A stretch of 64,000 nt of DNA from Candidatus Poribacteria bacterium (GTDB taxonomy: Bacteria; Poribacteria; WGA-4E; UBA9662): the NCBI GenBank assembly GCA_002709695.1, contig PAQF01000017.1, forward strand, positions 3,051 through 67,050, read 5' to 3'. Shown piece after piece: positions 49,009-59,332 of the stretch. Numbering within the stretch: the stretch's first letter is position 1; every line of letters begins with the position of its first letter. The notes under the pieces were generated by a model that was not told the DNA's origin, searched no databases, and saw only the letters and a list, made by a program, of their open reading frames with translations. The translations under genes were made by a program, and so were the position numbers.

Positions 49009-51828
49009 CTACCTCAAAATGACCATTTTCTTTACGGCATCGTAATCTAAAGTGGTTAATCGGTAAAAGTACACACCACTTGATACCGATTCGCCCAATT
49101 GATTTTTGCCATCCCAGTAAATCGCCCGGTTAGTATCAGTATAAAAGCCGATCTTTTTGTACCCTAGATCAATAGTCCGAATAACCTTACCTTCAAAATC
49201 GTACAGTCTCAACGTCACCGAAGTTGGCTCCGCCAGTTGAAACGGGATCCACGTCTCAGGATTAAATGGGTTCGGATAATTCGAAAGCAATTGCGTTTGG
49301 CGTGGTAATTCACCAAATCCATCCGTTTTAACCTTAACATGGGATGATATCTTCAAACCTGAATCAGGTTGAACAGAAAAAGGTTCCGGCTCGACTTCTA
49401 AACCAAAATCGACATAATCAAAAATGAATACAGCACCTGCATCTTTTCCCGCACTATCGTCCCCATGAATTCCAACAATAATCACCTCATCACTCATCCC
49501 TAACGTACCACCAAAACGATCGTACGGAGCCGACCCTTCCGAGATTTTGGCCGAGATGACCGGCGACCAAAACTCTCCTATACGAGTAAAGGAATAAACT
49601 GACCCAGTACTTGGTATGGGAGGCTCATCCTCATCCTCTACCGTATTATGATCGGGTGCACCAACGACAACTGCCAAATCATTTAAAGCAACAGCAAGGC
49701 CGAAATGGGATCCCACACCAGGTTCATCAGCAATAAACTTGGTTTGTTGCGACCAATTCCCTCTCTGATAGATAAAGGCGTAAGCTGAACCCGCATCTGG
49801 TGCAGAGCCGATCTCAGCTACAGTCACATCGTCTAACCAAGCACCAATAATAACAGTATCTTTATCAATAGCCACAGCAATACCAAATTGATCTCCCATG
49901 GCCGCATCAGCTGCAATTAATTTAGTCTGCTGTCCCCATTTGTCTCCTTGTTTAACAAAAACATAAGCAGCTCCAGCATCAATACCAGCAACACCATTCT
50001 TCGGTGCCCCAACAATAACAGTCTGCTGATATACAGCAACTGAATAACCAAACGTATCTCCCGGTGTTGAATCGTTAGCCTCCAATTTGGCTTGCTGACG
50101 CCAAGTTGCGTTGTCACGCACAAAAACAAAAGCTGAACCAGCTTTCTGGTTGGTTCCATGTGCACCAACAACGACTATATCTTCATCAATAGCCACAGAA
50201 TAGCCAAACAAATCTCCTGTGCCTTGTCCACTAATCTTAGCTTGCTGCTTCCAAACACCCGATGTTCTGGCAAAAAGATACACTGCACCAGAATCAATTC
50301 CAGTATCATCCATACCATAAGCCCCAACGAGAATGGTGTCTTTATCAACTGCAACAGCATGCCCAAACTGTGCTCCCATAGCTGCGTCATCAGCCGTCAA
50401 AACTGATTGCTTATCCCATCGGATTTTCCCTTTATCATCAGTTAAACTAGCATATACATATACTGATCCGGTGTTGATCCCACGTCTATCATCCTGCCTA
50501 GAGCCCACAACTACAGTGTTTTCGGTGATTGCCACTGAATAACCAAATTCGTTCTCTGAAGAACTGACAGGATCGATCAATTTGGCCAATTTGAGCCATT
50601 TACCGCCCTGTTTGATATAAATGTAAGCAGCTCCTGAAAGCGCCCCACCCGCACTATGAGAAATTGAACCAACAACTACTGTATTATCATTAACGGCAAC
50701 AGCGTAGCCAAAACTATCACCTTCCATCGCATCATTAGGCAATAATCTCGCATTCCGTATCCACTGTCCGTTACGTTCCCTAAAAATGTAAACAGCCCCT
50801 GTCCCTCCACGTTTAGTCTGTTTTTCCCATTCGTCATTATCATCCCGAGGTGATCCGACAATTATCATCTGATTCCCTAACGAAATAGACTGGCCAAAAC
50901 TGGAGCCGGACTGGGCAATTAATGCAGCACCATGCTGTCGCCAAACACCATCTTGGAGACGAAATATATACACCGCACCATTTCCCGTGGATCCACCTTT
51001 TGGAACTCCTACGGCGAATATCTCTCCATTCGTTTTCACTGTATGACCAAAATTGTGCTTTTCACGTGTATCTCGGCCAATAACTTTAGCTTCCTGCACC
51101 CATGATTCGCCAATTTTCCGAAATACATATACAGCACCAGAATCGCTATTAATCCCCTTACCATCTTCTCTGATAGCACCCACAACAGCGACATCCCCAC
51201 TAATCGCAACCGAAGCTCCAAACCAATCGAAAGAGTCGCCGTCATTTGCTATCAATTTGGCTTGTTGTATCCATGAATTCCCCTGTCGAGCAAATATGTA
51301 GGCAGCACCCGAGTCTCCCTGTGGTGCATTGGCAGAATAGGCACCAACAATCAGGTGTTTACCATCGAAATCTACCGCATTGCCAAAACGATCACTTTCC
51401 TCTGTATCATTTGCATTCACATTTGACTGACGAACCCATCGATCACCAATTCGCGTATAAACAAACACAGCACCATAATTCTTGCCAACCTCGCTGTACC
51501 TTGGCATACCTACAACCAAAGTATCACCTTTAAGTGCAATTACGTTTCCAAATTCATCATTTGGCTTGAGATCTTTCGGAGCAAGCCTAGCCTGCTCCAT
51601 CCACCCAATTTCATCACGAACGAAAACAAAAATCGCACCCGTGTTTTTGCCAGTCCCTGGCACCCCAACCATTGCAACCCTACCATCTACAACCACACTC
51701 TTCCCCATATGATCATCAAGGACTGATTCAACCAAAATTTTTGTTGAATCAGCATAAACCCAATTAACAAGCGTAATAGCAATAAAAGTAAGGGCAACTT
51801 GTAACCGAAATCCCACTCGCGTTAACAC
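49009..51828 (-). CDS. FG-GAP/integrin-alpha-like repeat protein (939 aa) with type IX secretion system C-terminal sorting domain
   Basis: Signal peptide; about 14 tandem ~55-aa units of the form ...D.FG.SVAI..D..VVGAP......G.AYVF......W.Q.AKL.A.D; C-terminus LLSNYPNPFNPETWIPFQL...VTLRLYDFEGKVIRTIDLGYKKIGFY...GESVSSGVYFYRL is a textbook T9SS CTD (type A Por sorting domain). Confidence 0.7.
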   Translation of the reverse strand: MLTRVGFRLQVALTFIAITLVNWVYADSTKILVESVLDDHMGKSVVVDGRVAMVGVPGTGKNTGAIFVFVRDEIGWMEQARLAPKDLKPNDEFGNVIALKGDTLVVGMPRYSEVGKNYGAVFVYTRIGDRWVRQSNVNANDTEESDRFGNAVDFDGKHLIVGAYSANAPQGDSGAAYIFARQGNSWIQQAKLIANDGDSFDWFGASVAISGDVAVVGAIREDGKGINSDSGAVYVFRKIGESWVQEAKVIGRDTREKHNFGHTVKTNGEIFAVGVPKGGSTGNGAVYIFRLQDGVWRQHGAALIAQSGSSFGQSISLGNQMIIVGSPRDDNDEWEKQTKRGGTGAVYIFRERNGQWIRNARLLPNDAMEGDSFGYAVAVNDNTVVVGSISHSAGGALSGAAYIYIKQGGKWLKLAKLIDPVSSSENEFGYSVAITENTVVVGSRQDDRRGINTGSVYVYASLTDDKGKIRWDKQSVLTADDAAMGAQFGHAVAVDKDTILVGAYGMDDTGIDSGAVYLFARTSGVWKQQAKISGQGTGDLFGYSVAIDEDIVVVGAHGTNQKAGSAFVFVRDNATWRQQAKLEANDSTPGDTFGYSVAVYQQTVIVGAPKNGVAGIDAGAAYVFVKQGDKWGQQTKLIAADAAMGDQFGIAVAIDKDTVIIGAWLDDVTVAEIGSAPDAGSAYAFIYQRGNWSQQTKFIADEPGVGSHFGLAVALNDLAVVVGAPDHNTVEDEDEPPIPSTGSVYSFTRIGEFWSPVISAKISEGSAPYDRFGGTLGMSDEVIIVGIHGDDSAGKDAGAVFIFDYVDFGLEVEPEPFSVQPDSGLKISSHVKVKTDGFGELPRQTQLLSNYPNPFNPETWIPFQLAEPTSVTLRLYDFEGKVIRTIDLGYKKIGFYTDTNRAIYWDGKNQLGESVSSGVYFYRLTTLDYDAVKKMVILR

Positions 51829-52461
51829 CTATTTCACCTCAAAAATCCTTCACAAATTCATAATCTTAACTAAACACATAGCTTTACTTAGCTAACTGCC
51901 AATAGGAGCCTACATGACCATATTTGGGTGATAATCTCCAACTAAATCACCATTCATAATCATCTCTTAACTAAAAGGCTCCTTTCCAAAAAACAATCAT
52001 ACATCACCAGAACTAAGGCAACCAATAAAGAGGAAAGTCTAACATCCAGCACTACAATTCTCCAGTCATCTTTTCCTAAGCAGACCTCTCAATTTCTGGA
52101 AAAATGACGGAAAAACATAAAACGCAATTATAGTCATACTGGACAAACACCAAATCGAGACAATAACAACTAGAACCAAAAACTTAATCTCATCTAAAAT
52201 CTGACGTCTCAGTTTCCAAACTTACACACAATGCACAAAAATATGCACTAATGCTAATATCAAACCACAGAAAACTATTTTTCCAACCTAACAAGATAAC
52301 ACAACCACACATAAAACAAACATATCAATAAATGCAAAAGAGCATCTACAAAAATCGAGGAGCCTTTACTTGTGAGTTACAATTACTTAGAATATAAATA
52401 CTAAATTACATTATGCAAATAGCATCCCAAAACTTGGCAATTATAAAAAAAGGTAAATACT

Positions 52462-53292
52462 ATGATCAAGAAATTCGTCATCGTCCCAACGGCGCTAATA
52501 ATTTTCTCGGCAAGTATGGTGCTCTCTGAAGGAGCCAAATGGATTTCAGTTAAAAACGCCAAAAAGTTGAAAAGTATAAAGGCTAAAAATATTACCTGGA
52601 AAAAAGATAACGCCAAGATGGTTCGAATTTCTGAAGAACTCAATCAAAAAATTAAGGAGGCAACTCATAACCAACCAGACAACCCAGTCTCTCCCAAAAA
52701 GGAAACCCGGATTAAAGTGTCTGAACCTTTCTACATGGATGCTTATGAAACAACAATCGGACAGTTCAGGAAGTTTCTTCAATCTTCGAACTACAAGCCC
52801 ATGAAGCCTATCAAGTGGGATGAGGTCTATATGTACTCACCGACAGACAAGCATCCGATGATCTACGTCAGTTGGCATGATGCGAGCGCATATGCTAAGT
52901 GGGCTGGCAAAAGATTACCTACAAATAAAGAATGGGAATTCGCAACTAGAGGTGGATTGATTGATAAAGAATTTCCTTGGGGCAATAACAAAAATCTAGC
53001 ACGGGAGTATGCAAACTATGAAGGAACAGGTGGCAAAGACAATTGGGATAATTCGACCGCACCTGTGGGTAGCTTGAAACCAAACAACTATGGTTTGTTT
53101 GATATGTCAGGCAATGTTTCAGAGTGGTGTCACAACCAATCGAACAAAAACCATTCCACGTATGTACTACGCGGTGGATCATGGTGCAACTTTACGGACC
53201 CTCTACGTGTGGCATACCAACTATATCCTGACCCACACCATAGGTCATACATCGTTGGATTTCGCTGTGTGATAAGACTAGAATCTCCTTGA
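52462..53292 (+). CDS. Formylglycine-generating enzyme (FGE-sulfatase/SUMF1) family protein
   Basis: 276 aa with signal peptide; VSWHDASAYAKWAGKRLPTNKEWEFATRGG...GLFDMSGNVSEWCHN...YVLRGGSW is the FGE-sulfatase domain signature. Confidence 0.75.
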   Translation: MIKKFVIVPTALIIFSASMVLSEGAKWISVKNAKKLKSIKAKNITWKKDNAKMVRISEELNQKIKEATHNQPDNPVSPKKETRIKVSEPFYMDAYETTIGQFRKFLQSSNYKPMKPIKWDEVYMYSPTDKHPMIYVSWHDASAYAKWAGKRLPTNKEWEFATRGGLIDKEFPWGNNKNLAREYANYEGTGGKDNWDNSTAPVGSLKPNNYGLFDMSGNVSEWCHNQSNKNHSTYVLRGGSWCNFTDPLRVAYQLYPDPHHRSYIVGFRCVIRLESP

Positions 53293-53760
53293 GCCATACA
53301 AAAGTCAGCAAATTACATGTAAGAAGCATATCCTGCCACTTCTTCCACCACTTCATTCCAAATAGGAAAAAACTAGCACTTCTGTTTATACGAATCATCA
53401 TACAAAACAATTATGATTAGAAAAAGCTCTTAAGCACGAGCGACTACTGACACACTACTTCTCCATAAGCATTTAAAATATACATGGTATTCGGAGTCCG
53501 ACGAACAACAGATCCTAGCAAAAACCTAAAGTCCATGTTAGAATGGAAGCGTATGGTTTAGATGATATTCGATAAAAAATACCGATTTCTCACGCGAGAG
53601 CCGTCTAAAGTTGTTAGTGTTCTAGATAACCTCCCGAAACGTTCTGAGGCATAATCCAAATCTTAGTTAAAACAAGAAAAACCAAATTTCAATAAGATAG
53701 CAATAATAAAATCCGTAACACCAAACAGGTCAAATCAAGATCATAGAATAGCACTGAACC

Positions 53761-55032
53761 TTGACTAACTATATTATGGGAAACACAATTGTTGCAGTTC
53801 TTCTTGATTGTGGAGACACACTTGTAGATGAGGGAACAGAGAAAAAAGATGCTACCGGAGCGACTTTAGAAGCAGATCTAATTCCTGGTGCAGCAGAAAT
53901 GGTCCACAAAATTAAACGCCTTGGATACCATGTTGCTCTAGTAGCAGATGGCCCAGCAGCAACCTTCAAAAATGTTCTCACACAACACAACCTGCACCAT
54001 TTATTTGACGCTTTTTCCATATCTGGCGAAGTTGGGGTAGACAAACCCAATCAGCGAATGTTCGTTGATGCCATGAACCAACTCGGCATTAACCGTACCA
54101 ATTACAACCGCACATTAATGGTTGGTAATAACCTAGAACGTGACATTAGAGGTGCAAACGCTCTAGGAATTATCTCTGTCTGGCTCAATTGGTCACCCCG
54201 TCGATCCAAAATCCCAGCTGACAATTTGGAGATACCACAACACACAATTCAGTCCCCCCTAGCCTTAATCCCTCTTATTGAGTCCCTAGAAAGCCAACTT
54301 CAAACACAAGAACAAATTGAAATCGTCTGCCATCGTGGCGCAAATGAATATGCTCCAGAGAACACCTTTGCAGCAGCAGAAATTTGTGTTGGATGGGGTG
54401 TAGACTACCTTGAAGTTGATGTCAATACCAGCAAAGATGGGATATTATATAATTTCCATGGACCAGAACTTGCGTCAACCACAAATGGCAAAGGTAATAT
54501 TCATCATCTATTATCCGAGGAAATTGACCAATTAGATGCCGGAAGTTGGTTCGATCCAAAATTCTCAAACCAGAAAATCCCACGACTCGAAACACTACTA
54601 AAATGGATAAAGGGAAAAGCAAAAGTCTTCTTCGATGTAAAAGTTGCTGAGCCAAAAAAACTAATTGACCTCGTTTATGATGTTGGACTTGAAAATGAAT
54701 GTTTTTTCTGGTCGGCCAATGACCAATGGTTGAGGACAATACACCAACTTGACCCAAGCCTGCCAATAAAAATTAATGTCAAAACTGTCGACGAAGCGAT
54801 CAATGCACACAAAATCTATGGTGCCAGCATTATTGAGGTCTCGCTCAACAATATGACCCAAGATTTAATTAAAACTTGTCAAGACAATAACATGAGAATC
54901 ATGATCTACCACCAACAAAAGGACAAAAAGGCATTCCATGACATTCTGGAATGGGGTGTCGAGATGGTTAACCTCAATCACGCTGACACCTTCAAAAAAA
55001 CTGCTGAGAGTTTTTACAGTGAAAGATATTAA
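53761..55032 (+). CDS. HAD-superfamily hydrolase fused to glycerophosphodiester phosphodiesterase (GDPD) domain
   Basis: N-terminal half: HAD motif I VLLDCGDTLVDE and later HAD motifs (VALVADG, MVGNNLERDIRGANALG). C-terminal half: GDPD signature IEIVCHRGANEYAPENT, E..VD, and the FW/FF pattern of the GDPD TIM barrel. Confidence 0.6.
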   Translation: MTNYIMGNTIVAVLLDCGDTLVDEGTEKKDATGATLEADLIPGAAEMVHKIKRLGYHVALVADGPAATFKNVLTQHNLHHLFDAFSISGEVGVDKPNQRMFVDAMNQLGINRTNYNRTLMVGNNLERDIRGANALGIISVWLNWSPRRSKIPADNLEIPQHTIQSPLALIPLIESLESQLQTQEQIEIVCHRGANEYAPENTFAAAEICVGWGVDYLEVDVNTSKDGILYNFHGPELASTTNGKGNIHHLLSEEIDQLDAGSWFDPKFSNQKIPRLETLLKWIKGKAKVFFDVKVAEPKKLIDLVYDVGLENECFFWSANDQWLRTIHQLDPSLPIKINVKTVDEAINAHKIYGASIIEVSLNNMTQDLIKTCQDNNMRIMIYHQQKDKKAFHDILEWGVEMVNLNHADTFKKTAESFYSERY

Positions 55033-56032
55033 AATTGGTTTAATCGGTGCGGGACGTATTGGTAAACTTCATGCTGAAAATCTAGCCAGCCAGATTCCAA
55101 ACGCCAAACTAGTTGCGCTGGCTGATCCTGAACTCAAATTAGCAAAGACAGTGGCTGATAATTTCAATATCCCCTATCATTTTGATGACTATCACCACAT
55201 TATTGATCATCCAGAGATAGATGCTGTCATCATTTGCTCACCAACAAACACACATACACAAATCATCCAAGAAGCAGCCAATGCGGGAAAACATATCTTC
55301 TGTGAAAAACCGATCGATTTCGACTTAGACCGAACGCTTAAATCCCTGGAAATCATCAAAAAAAATGGAATAAAATTTCAAGTTGGATTCAATAGACGCT
55401 TTGACCCCAACTTCCAATCCGTAGAAAACAAGATTTTACAAGGAGATATTGGTGATCTGCATATTTTGAGAATCACCAGTCGAGACCCAGCTCCGCCTCC
55501 AATATCGTATATCGAAGTCTCAGGAGGTATCTTTCTCGATATGATGATTCATGATTTTGATATGGCACGATATCTTGTCAAAAGTGAAGTGGTTGAGGTA
55601 TATGCAGCTGGTGGAGTTATGGTCGACAACGCGATTGGGGAAGCTGGAGATATTGATACTGCGACCGTTACCCTAAAATTTGCTAATGGAGCACTTGGTA
55701 CTATCGACAACAGCCGTCAAGCAGTCTATGGTTACGATCAACGCATCGAGGCCTTTGGGTCTAAGGGTATGATCCGGGCAGAAAACGTTGCAACTGACAC
55801 CTGTATTGTAAGTAATGACAAAGGATCTCACCAACCACCACTACCACATTTTTTCCTAGATCGTTACAAATCATCATATCTCACAGAAATGATCAAGTTT
55901 TTACTCTGTATCGAAAATGACAGCATGCCGGAAGTAATCGGCAACGACGGACTAAAGGCAATGGAAATTGCATTAGCAGCAAAGGAATCCTATTTAATGA
56001 ATAGGCCGATAAAAATCAAAAATACCACGTAA
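55017..56032 (+). CDS. Gfo/Idh/MocA oxidoreductase, myo-inositol 2-dehydrogenase-like (GTG start overlapping upstream stop)
   Basis: Start refined to VKDIKIGLIGAGRIGKLHAEN (Rossmann); CEKPI motif (HIFCEKPIDFD) and C-terminal domain match IolG-like dehydrogenases. Confidence 0.7.
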
Positions 56033-56052
56033 AAAAACAAAAAGGAAGTATT

Positions 56053-57213
56053 ATGGATAATAATTTACAAATCCCCCAACGCATACTGATGGGCCCCGGT
56101 CCAAGTAATGTTCATCCACGAGTTCTTGAAGCAATGAGTCGTCCTATGATTGGACATTTAGACCCTGTATTCCTTGAAATCATGGATGAAAACATGAAAT
56201 TGCTACGTCACATTTTCGGAACAAAAAACAGATTAACACTGCCGATTTCCGCAACTGGAAGTGCGGGCATGGAAGCAACCTTATGTAACCTTATTGAACC
56301 AGACGACGACATTCTTATTTGTGTCAATGGTGTTTTTGGAATGAGAATGTCCGATATTGTTGACAGATGCGGAGGTAAACTACACACTGTCGAAGCCCCT
56401 TGGGGACGAATCATTGACCCCCAAAGCGTAGCTGATAAGCTCAAGGATGTAAAACCCAAACTAATTGCCATCGTCCACGCGGAGACATCAACCGGCATAT
56501 TGCAACCGCTTACAGAAATCGCAGAATTGGCAAAAGCACACGATACTTTGTTAGTCGTTGATTGTGTCACGTCCCTCTGTGGCACAGCAGTCAATCTTGA
56601 CGAACTAGGTATTGATGCTGCTTATAGTGGGACACAAAAATGTATGAGTTGTCCACCCGGACTCTCACCAGTAAGTTTCAGTGATCGAGCTATCAACACA
56701 ATTCATAATCGTAGAACGAAAGTTCCAAGCTGGTATCTAGATATGGGAATGATTTCCCAGTATTGGGGGGATGATCGAGCTTACCATCATACAGCACCTA
56801 TTTCAATGAACTATGCGCTTAATGAATCCCTAAAAATAGTTTGCGAAGAGGGACTTGAAGCACGATACAACAGACATAGCCTTCACTCCCAAGCTTTGGC
56901 TGAAGGACTCAGCACACTCGGCATTGAACGGATCGCCCAAGAAGGTTTTCGCACACCCATGTTAACCTCTGTATCAGTTCCCAACGATGTTGATGAAGCA
57001 ACAGTACGAAGCCAATTACTTCACAATTACAACATCGAAATTGGTGGAGGACTCGGCGCATTCAAGGGAAAAGCATGGCGTATCGGTTTGATGGGAGAAA
57101 CTTGTCGGAAGGAAAATGTCATCAGTCTACTCACTGCACTGGGCGAAATCCTACCCAAAAAATCAACTAACGAAGCCATACAAACTGCTGAAAGTGTTTA
57201 CAACACAAATTAA
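56053..57213 (+). CDS. Class V pyridoxal-phosphate aminotransferase (serine-pyruvate / alanine-glyoxylate aminotransferase family)
   Basis: 386 aa; ILMGPGPSNVHPRVLEAMSRPMIGHLDPVFLEIMDE closely parallels the AGXT N-terminus; PLP-lysine context SGTQKCMSCPPGLSPVSFS. Confidence 0.8.
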   Translation: MDNNLQIPQRILMGPGPSNVHPRVLEAMSRPMIGHLDPVFLEIMDENMKLLRHIFGTKNRLTLPISATGSAGMEATLCNLIEPDDDILICVNGVFGMRMSDIVDRCGGKLHTVEAPWGRIIDPQSVADKLKDVKPKLIAIVHAETSTGILQPLTEIAELAKAHDTLLVVDCVTSLCGTAVNLDELGIDAAYSGTQKCMSCPPGLSPVSFSDRAINTIHNRRTKVPSWYLDMGMISQYWGDDRAYHHTAPISMNYALNESLKIVCEEGLEARYNRHSLHSQALAEGLSTLGIERIAQEGFRTPMLTSVSVPNDVDEATVRSQLLHNYNIEIGGGLGAFKGKAWRIGLMGETCRKENVISLLTALGEILPKKSTNEAIQTAESVYNTN

Positions 57214-57242
57214 GTAACACACTCAATGGCGAATCTCCGGAT

Positions 57243-57977
57243 TCACCGTTTTATCATTTCGCTCCAAATTTTCACGAAATGCTTTTTTATCGTTTGACTC
57301 GGAATCTTTGGACGAAACATGTCCACTGTCCTTCTCGGGGGCTCGAGCAAAACAATATCAGCACCTAAATCTTTTAAACGCTGGATAGCCAAACGGCCAG
57401 AATAAGAATCTGGAGCTATTTTCACGGCTTGTTGGTAATCTTCAATAGCATTTTCATTTCGGTCAACGGAATGATAACAATTTCCACGAAAATAATAGGC
57501 ATTAGCATAATTAGGATTAATCCGAACGGCCTTTGAATAATCTTCAATAGCATAATCATAATTGCCAAGGTCTTGTTGGCATTTCCCACGTAATACATAG
57601 GCTTGCACGTCATCTGGCGCATAACTAATGGCAGAACTAGCATCAGCTATCGCCAACGGTAACTCGCTAATCTTTCGGTGGATGTTTCCACGAAGAATAT
57701 ATGCATCTGCATAATCCGTCTTAATTCGTATTGCAGCAGAAAAATCACGGCTTGCTTGAGGGTAATTTTTGAGATTACGGTACAGAGTACCCCGCAACAG
57801 ATAAGCTTGAGGACTATTAGGTGACATTTGGATTACTCTTGTCAAATCGACAATGGCCGCGTTATAATCACCAACCTCTTTATATGCCTGAGCCCGGTTA
57901 AAATAATGATTCGGATTCTTCGGTTTAGCCTCGATTTGCTCAGTACACTCTTTGATAATTTGGTGCTGGTATAACAT
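57243..57977 (-). CDS. TPR-repeat protein
   Basis: 244 aa; six consecutive 34-aa units with the A..Y..RG......Y..A..D...A pattern. Confidence 0.6.
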   Translation of the reverse strand: MLYQHQIIKECTEQIEAKPKNPNHYFNRAQAYKEVGDYNAAIVDLTRVIQMSPNSPQAYLLRGTLYRNLKNYPQASRDFSAAIRIKTDYADAYILRGNIHRKISELPLAIADASSAISYAPDDVQAYVLRGKCQQDLGNYDYAIEDYSKAVRINPNYANAYYFRGNCYHSVDRNENAIEDYQQAVKIAPDSYSGRLAIQRLKDLGADIVLLEPPRRTVDMFRPKIPSQTIKKHFVKIWSEMIKR

Positions 57978-58153
57978 CCTTATCGCATTGTTTAGAACAA
58001 AATTATTACACTTTGTAGTAGAAAAAAAATCCGCTTAAGGGTAGCAGATTCGTTCCAAAAAGTCAATAATTTTCATACATTGTTTATGTTATCACATCTC
58101 CTACAGATAACAATTCTTGTCAACCCATCATTGCAACATCCAGAAGACTACTC

Positions 58154-59128
58154 TTGATCTATAAAATGCTGTTCCTAACTATAATCCATCTTTGGTCAAT
58201 CCCTTCTGCTGAAATCAAACACAAGAAAGACAATTCTCTGATGGTGCTTGTGCCTAAAGGTGAATTCATGATGGGGTCAACAAAAAACACAGCTGAGCCC
58301 GATGAAACACCAGCTCACATTACGAAACTTGATGCATTCTATCTTGATAAATTTGAAGTAACCAACGCACAATATGACCTTTTTCTATCAGAGACAGGAC
58401 ATTCCAGACCTCGTTTCTGGAATGATCCTCATCTAAACCAACCCAATCACCCTGTTGTTGGAGTAAGTTTTGAAGACGCATCTCGGTATGCAAATTGGGC
58501 AGGTAAACGGCTACCAACCGAAGCAGAATGGGAATTTTCTGCTCGCGGAACCAACGAGAATGAATATCCATGGGGGGATGAATTCGAAGCTAAAATCAGT
58601 GGAGAGATTAACCACGCAAATGTTGCTGGTAACACTGACGGATTCGATAAAACCGCCCCTGTGGGTAGTTTTCCAACAGGCATAAGTCAATTTGGAATAC
58701 ATGACCTTGCTGGTAACGCCCTAGAATGGGTCTCCGATTGGTACGATGAGAACTACTATGCAAATAGTCCAATTAAAAACCCAGAAAATAAAAATCCCAG
58801 TAACTTCCTCGGACGGGTCTTGCGCGGAGGATCATGGAAGAAACCCCCATTGAAAGTTAGAAACACAATGAGGTACACTTTGCTCCCAAGTCTTAGTGAT
58901 AACACCATAGGATTCCGTTGCGCAATGACGGTAGGCCAGAAAATGTCACATAATAATCTACCATGGGATCTAAATAAAGACGGTGTCGTTGATATCCTCG
59001 ATTTGGTAATTGTCTCGAAGCACTTTGAAATGATTAATGCACCGAACGGTGATGTAAACAAAGATGGGATTGTCGATATTCTCGACCTAGTGGATGTTGC
59101 TAACCATTTTGGCGATCAAATCAATTAA
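58154..59128 (+). CDS. FGE-sulfatase (SUMF1) family protein with C-terminal dockerin repeats
   Basis: 324 aa with signal peptide; VGVSFEDASRYANWAGKRLPTEAEWEFSARG...GIHDLAGNALEWVSD...RVLRGGSW (FGE domain); C-terminus DLNKDGVVDILDLVIVSKHF...GDVNKDGIVDILDLVDVANHF is two dockerin type-I Ca-binding repeats (DxNxDGxVDxxD). Confidence 0.7.
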   Translation: MIYKMLFLTIIHLWSIPSAEIKHKKDNSLMVLVPKGEFMMGSTKNTAEPDETPAHITKLDAFYLDKFEVTNAQYDLFLSETGHSRPRFWNDPHLNQPNHPVVGVSFEDASRYANWAGKRLPTEAEWEFSARGTNENEYPWGDEFEAKISGEINHANVAGNTDGFDKTAPVGSFPTGISQFGIHDLAGNALEWVSDWYDENYYANSPIKNPENKNPSNFLGRVLRGGSWKKPPLKVRNTMRYTLLPSLSDNTIGFRCAMTVGQKMSHNNLPWDLNKDGVVDILDLVIVSKHFEMINAPNGDVNKDGIVDILDLVDVANHFGDQIN

Positions 59129-59332
59129 CTTACTGGTATTATGTAAACTGACTTCACGCTTAAAATTTGTTTTTTTCAATTTCATAATCAACATACTACA
59201 GAACACATCTCAGATAATTTATCTGCCCCATCTAATGTATAATAAAAATGTACATTCAACTCATATTTACACAGGTTTTAATATTTAAAACAGTAACTTT
59301 TTTTATTGTCCACCTCCCACCAAAATAGTATA

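Noticed and set aside
56208-56594. 128-aa minus-strand ORF inside the aminotransferase gene
   Set aside because: It is antisense to a gene with a clear AGXT-family N-terminus and PLP-lysine motif, and is Ser/Ala-rich low-complexity sequence.
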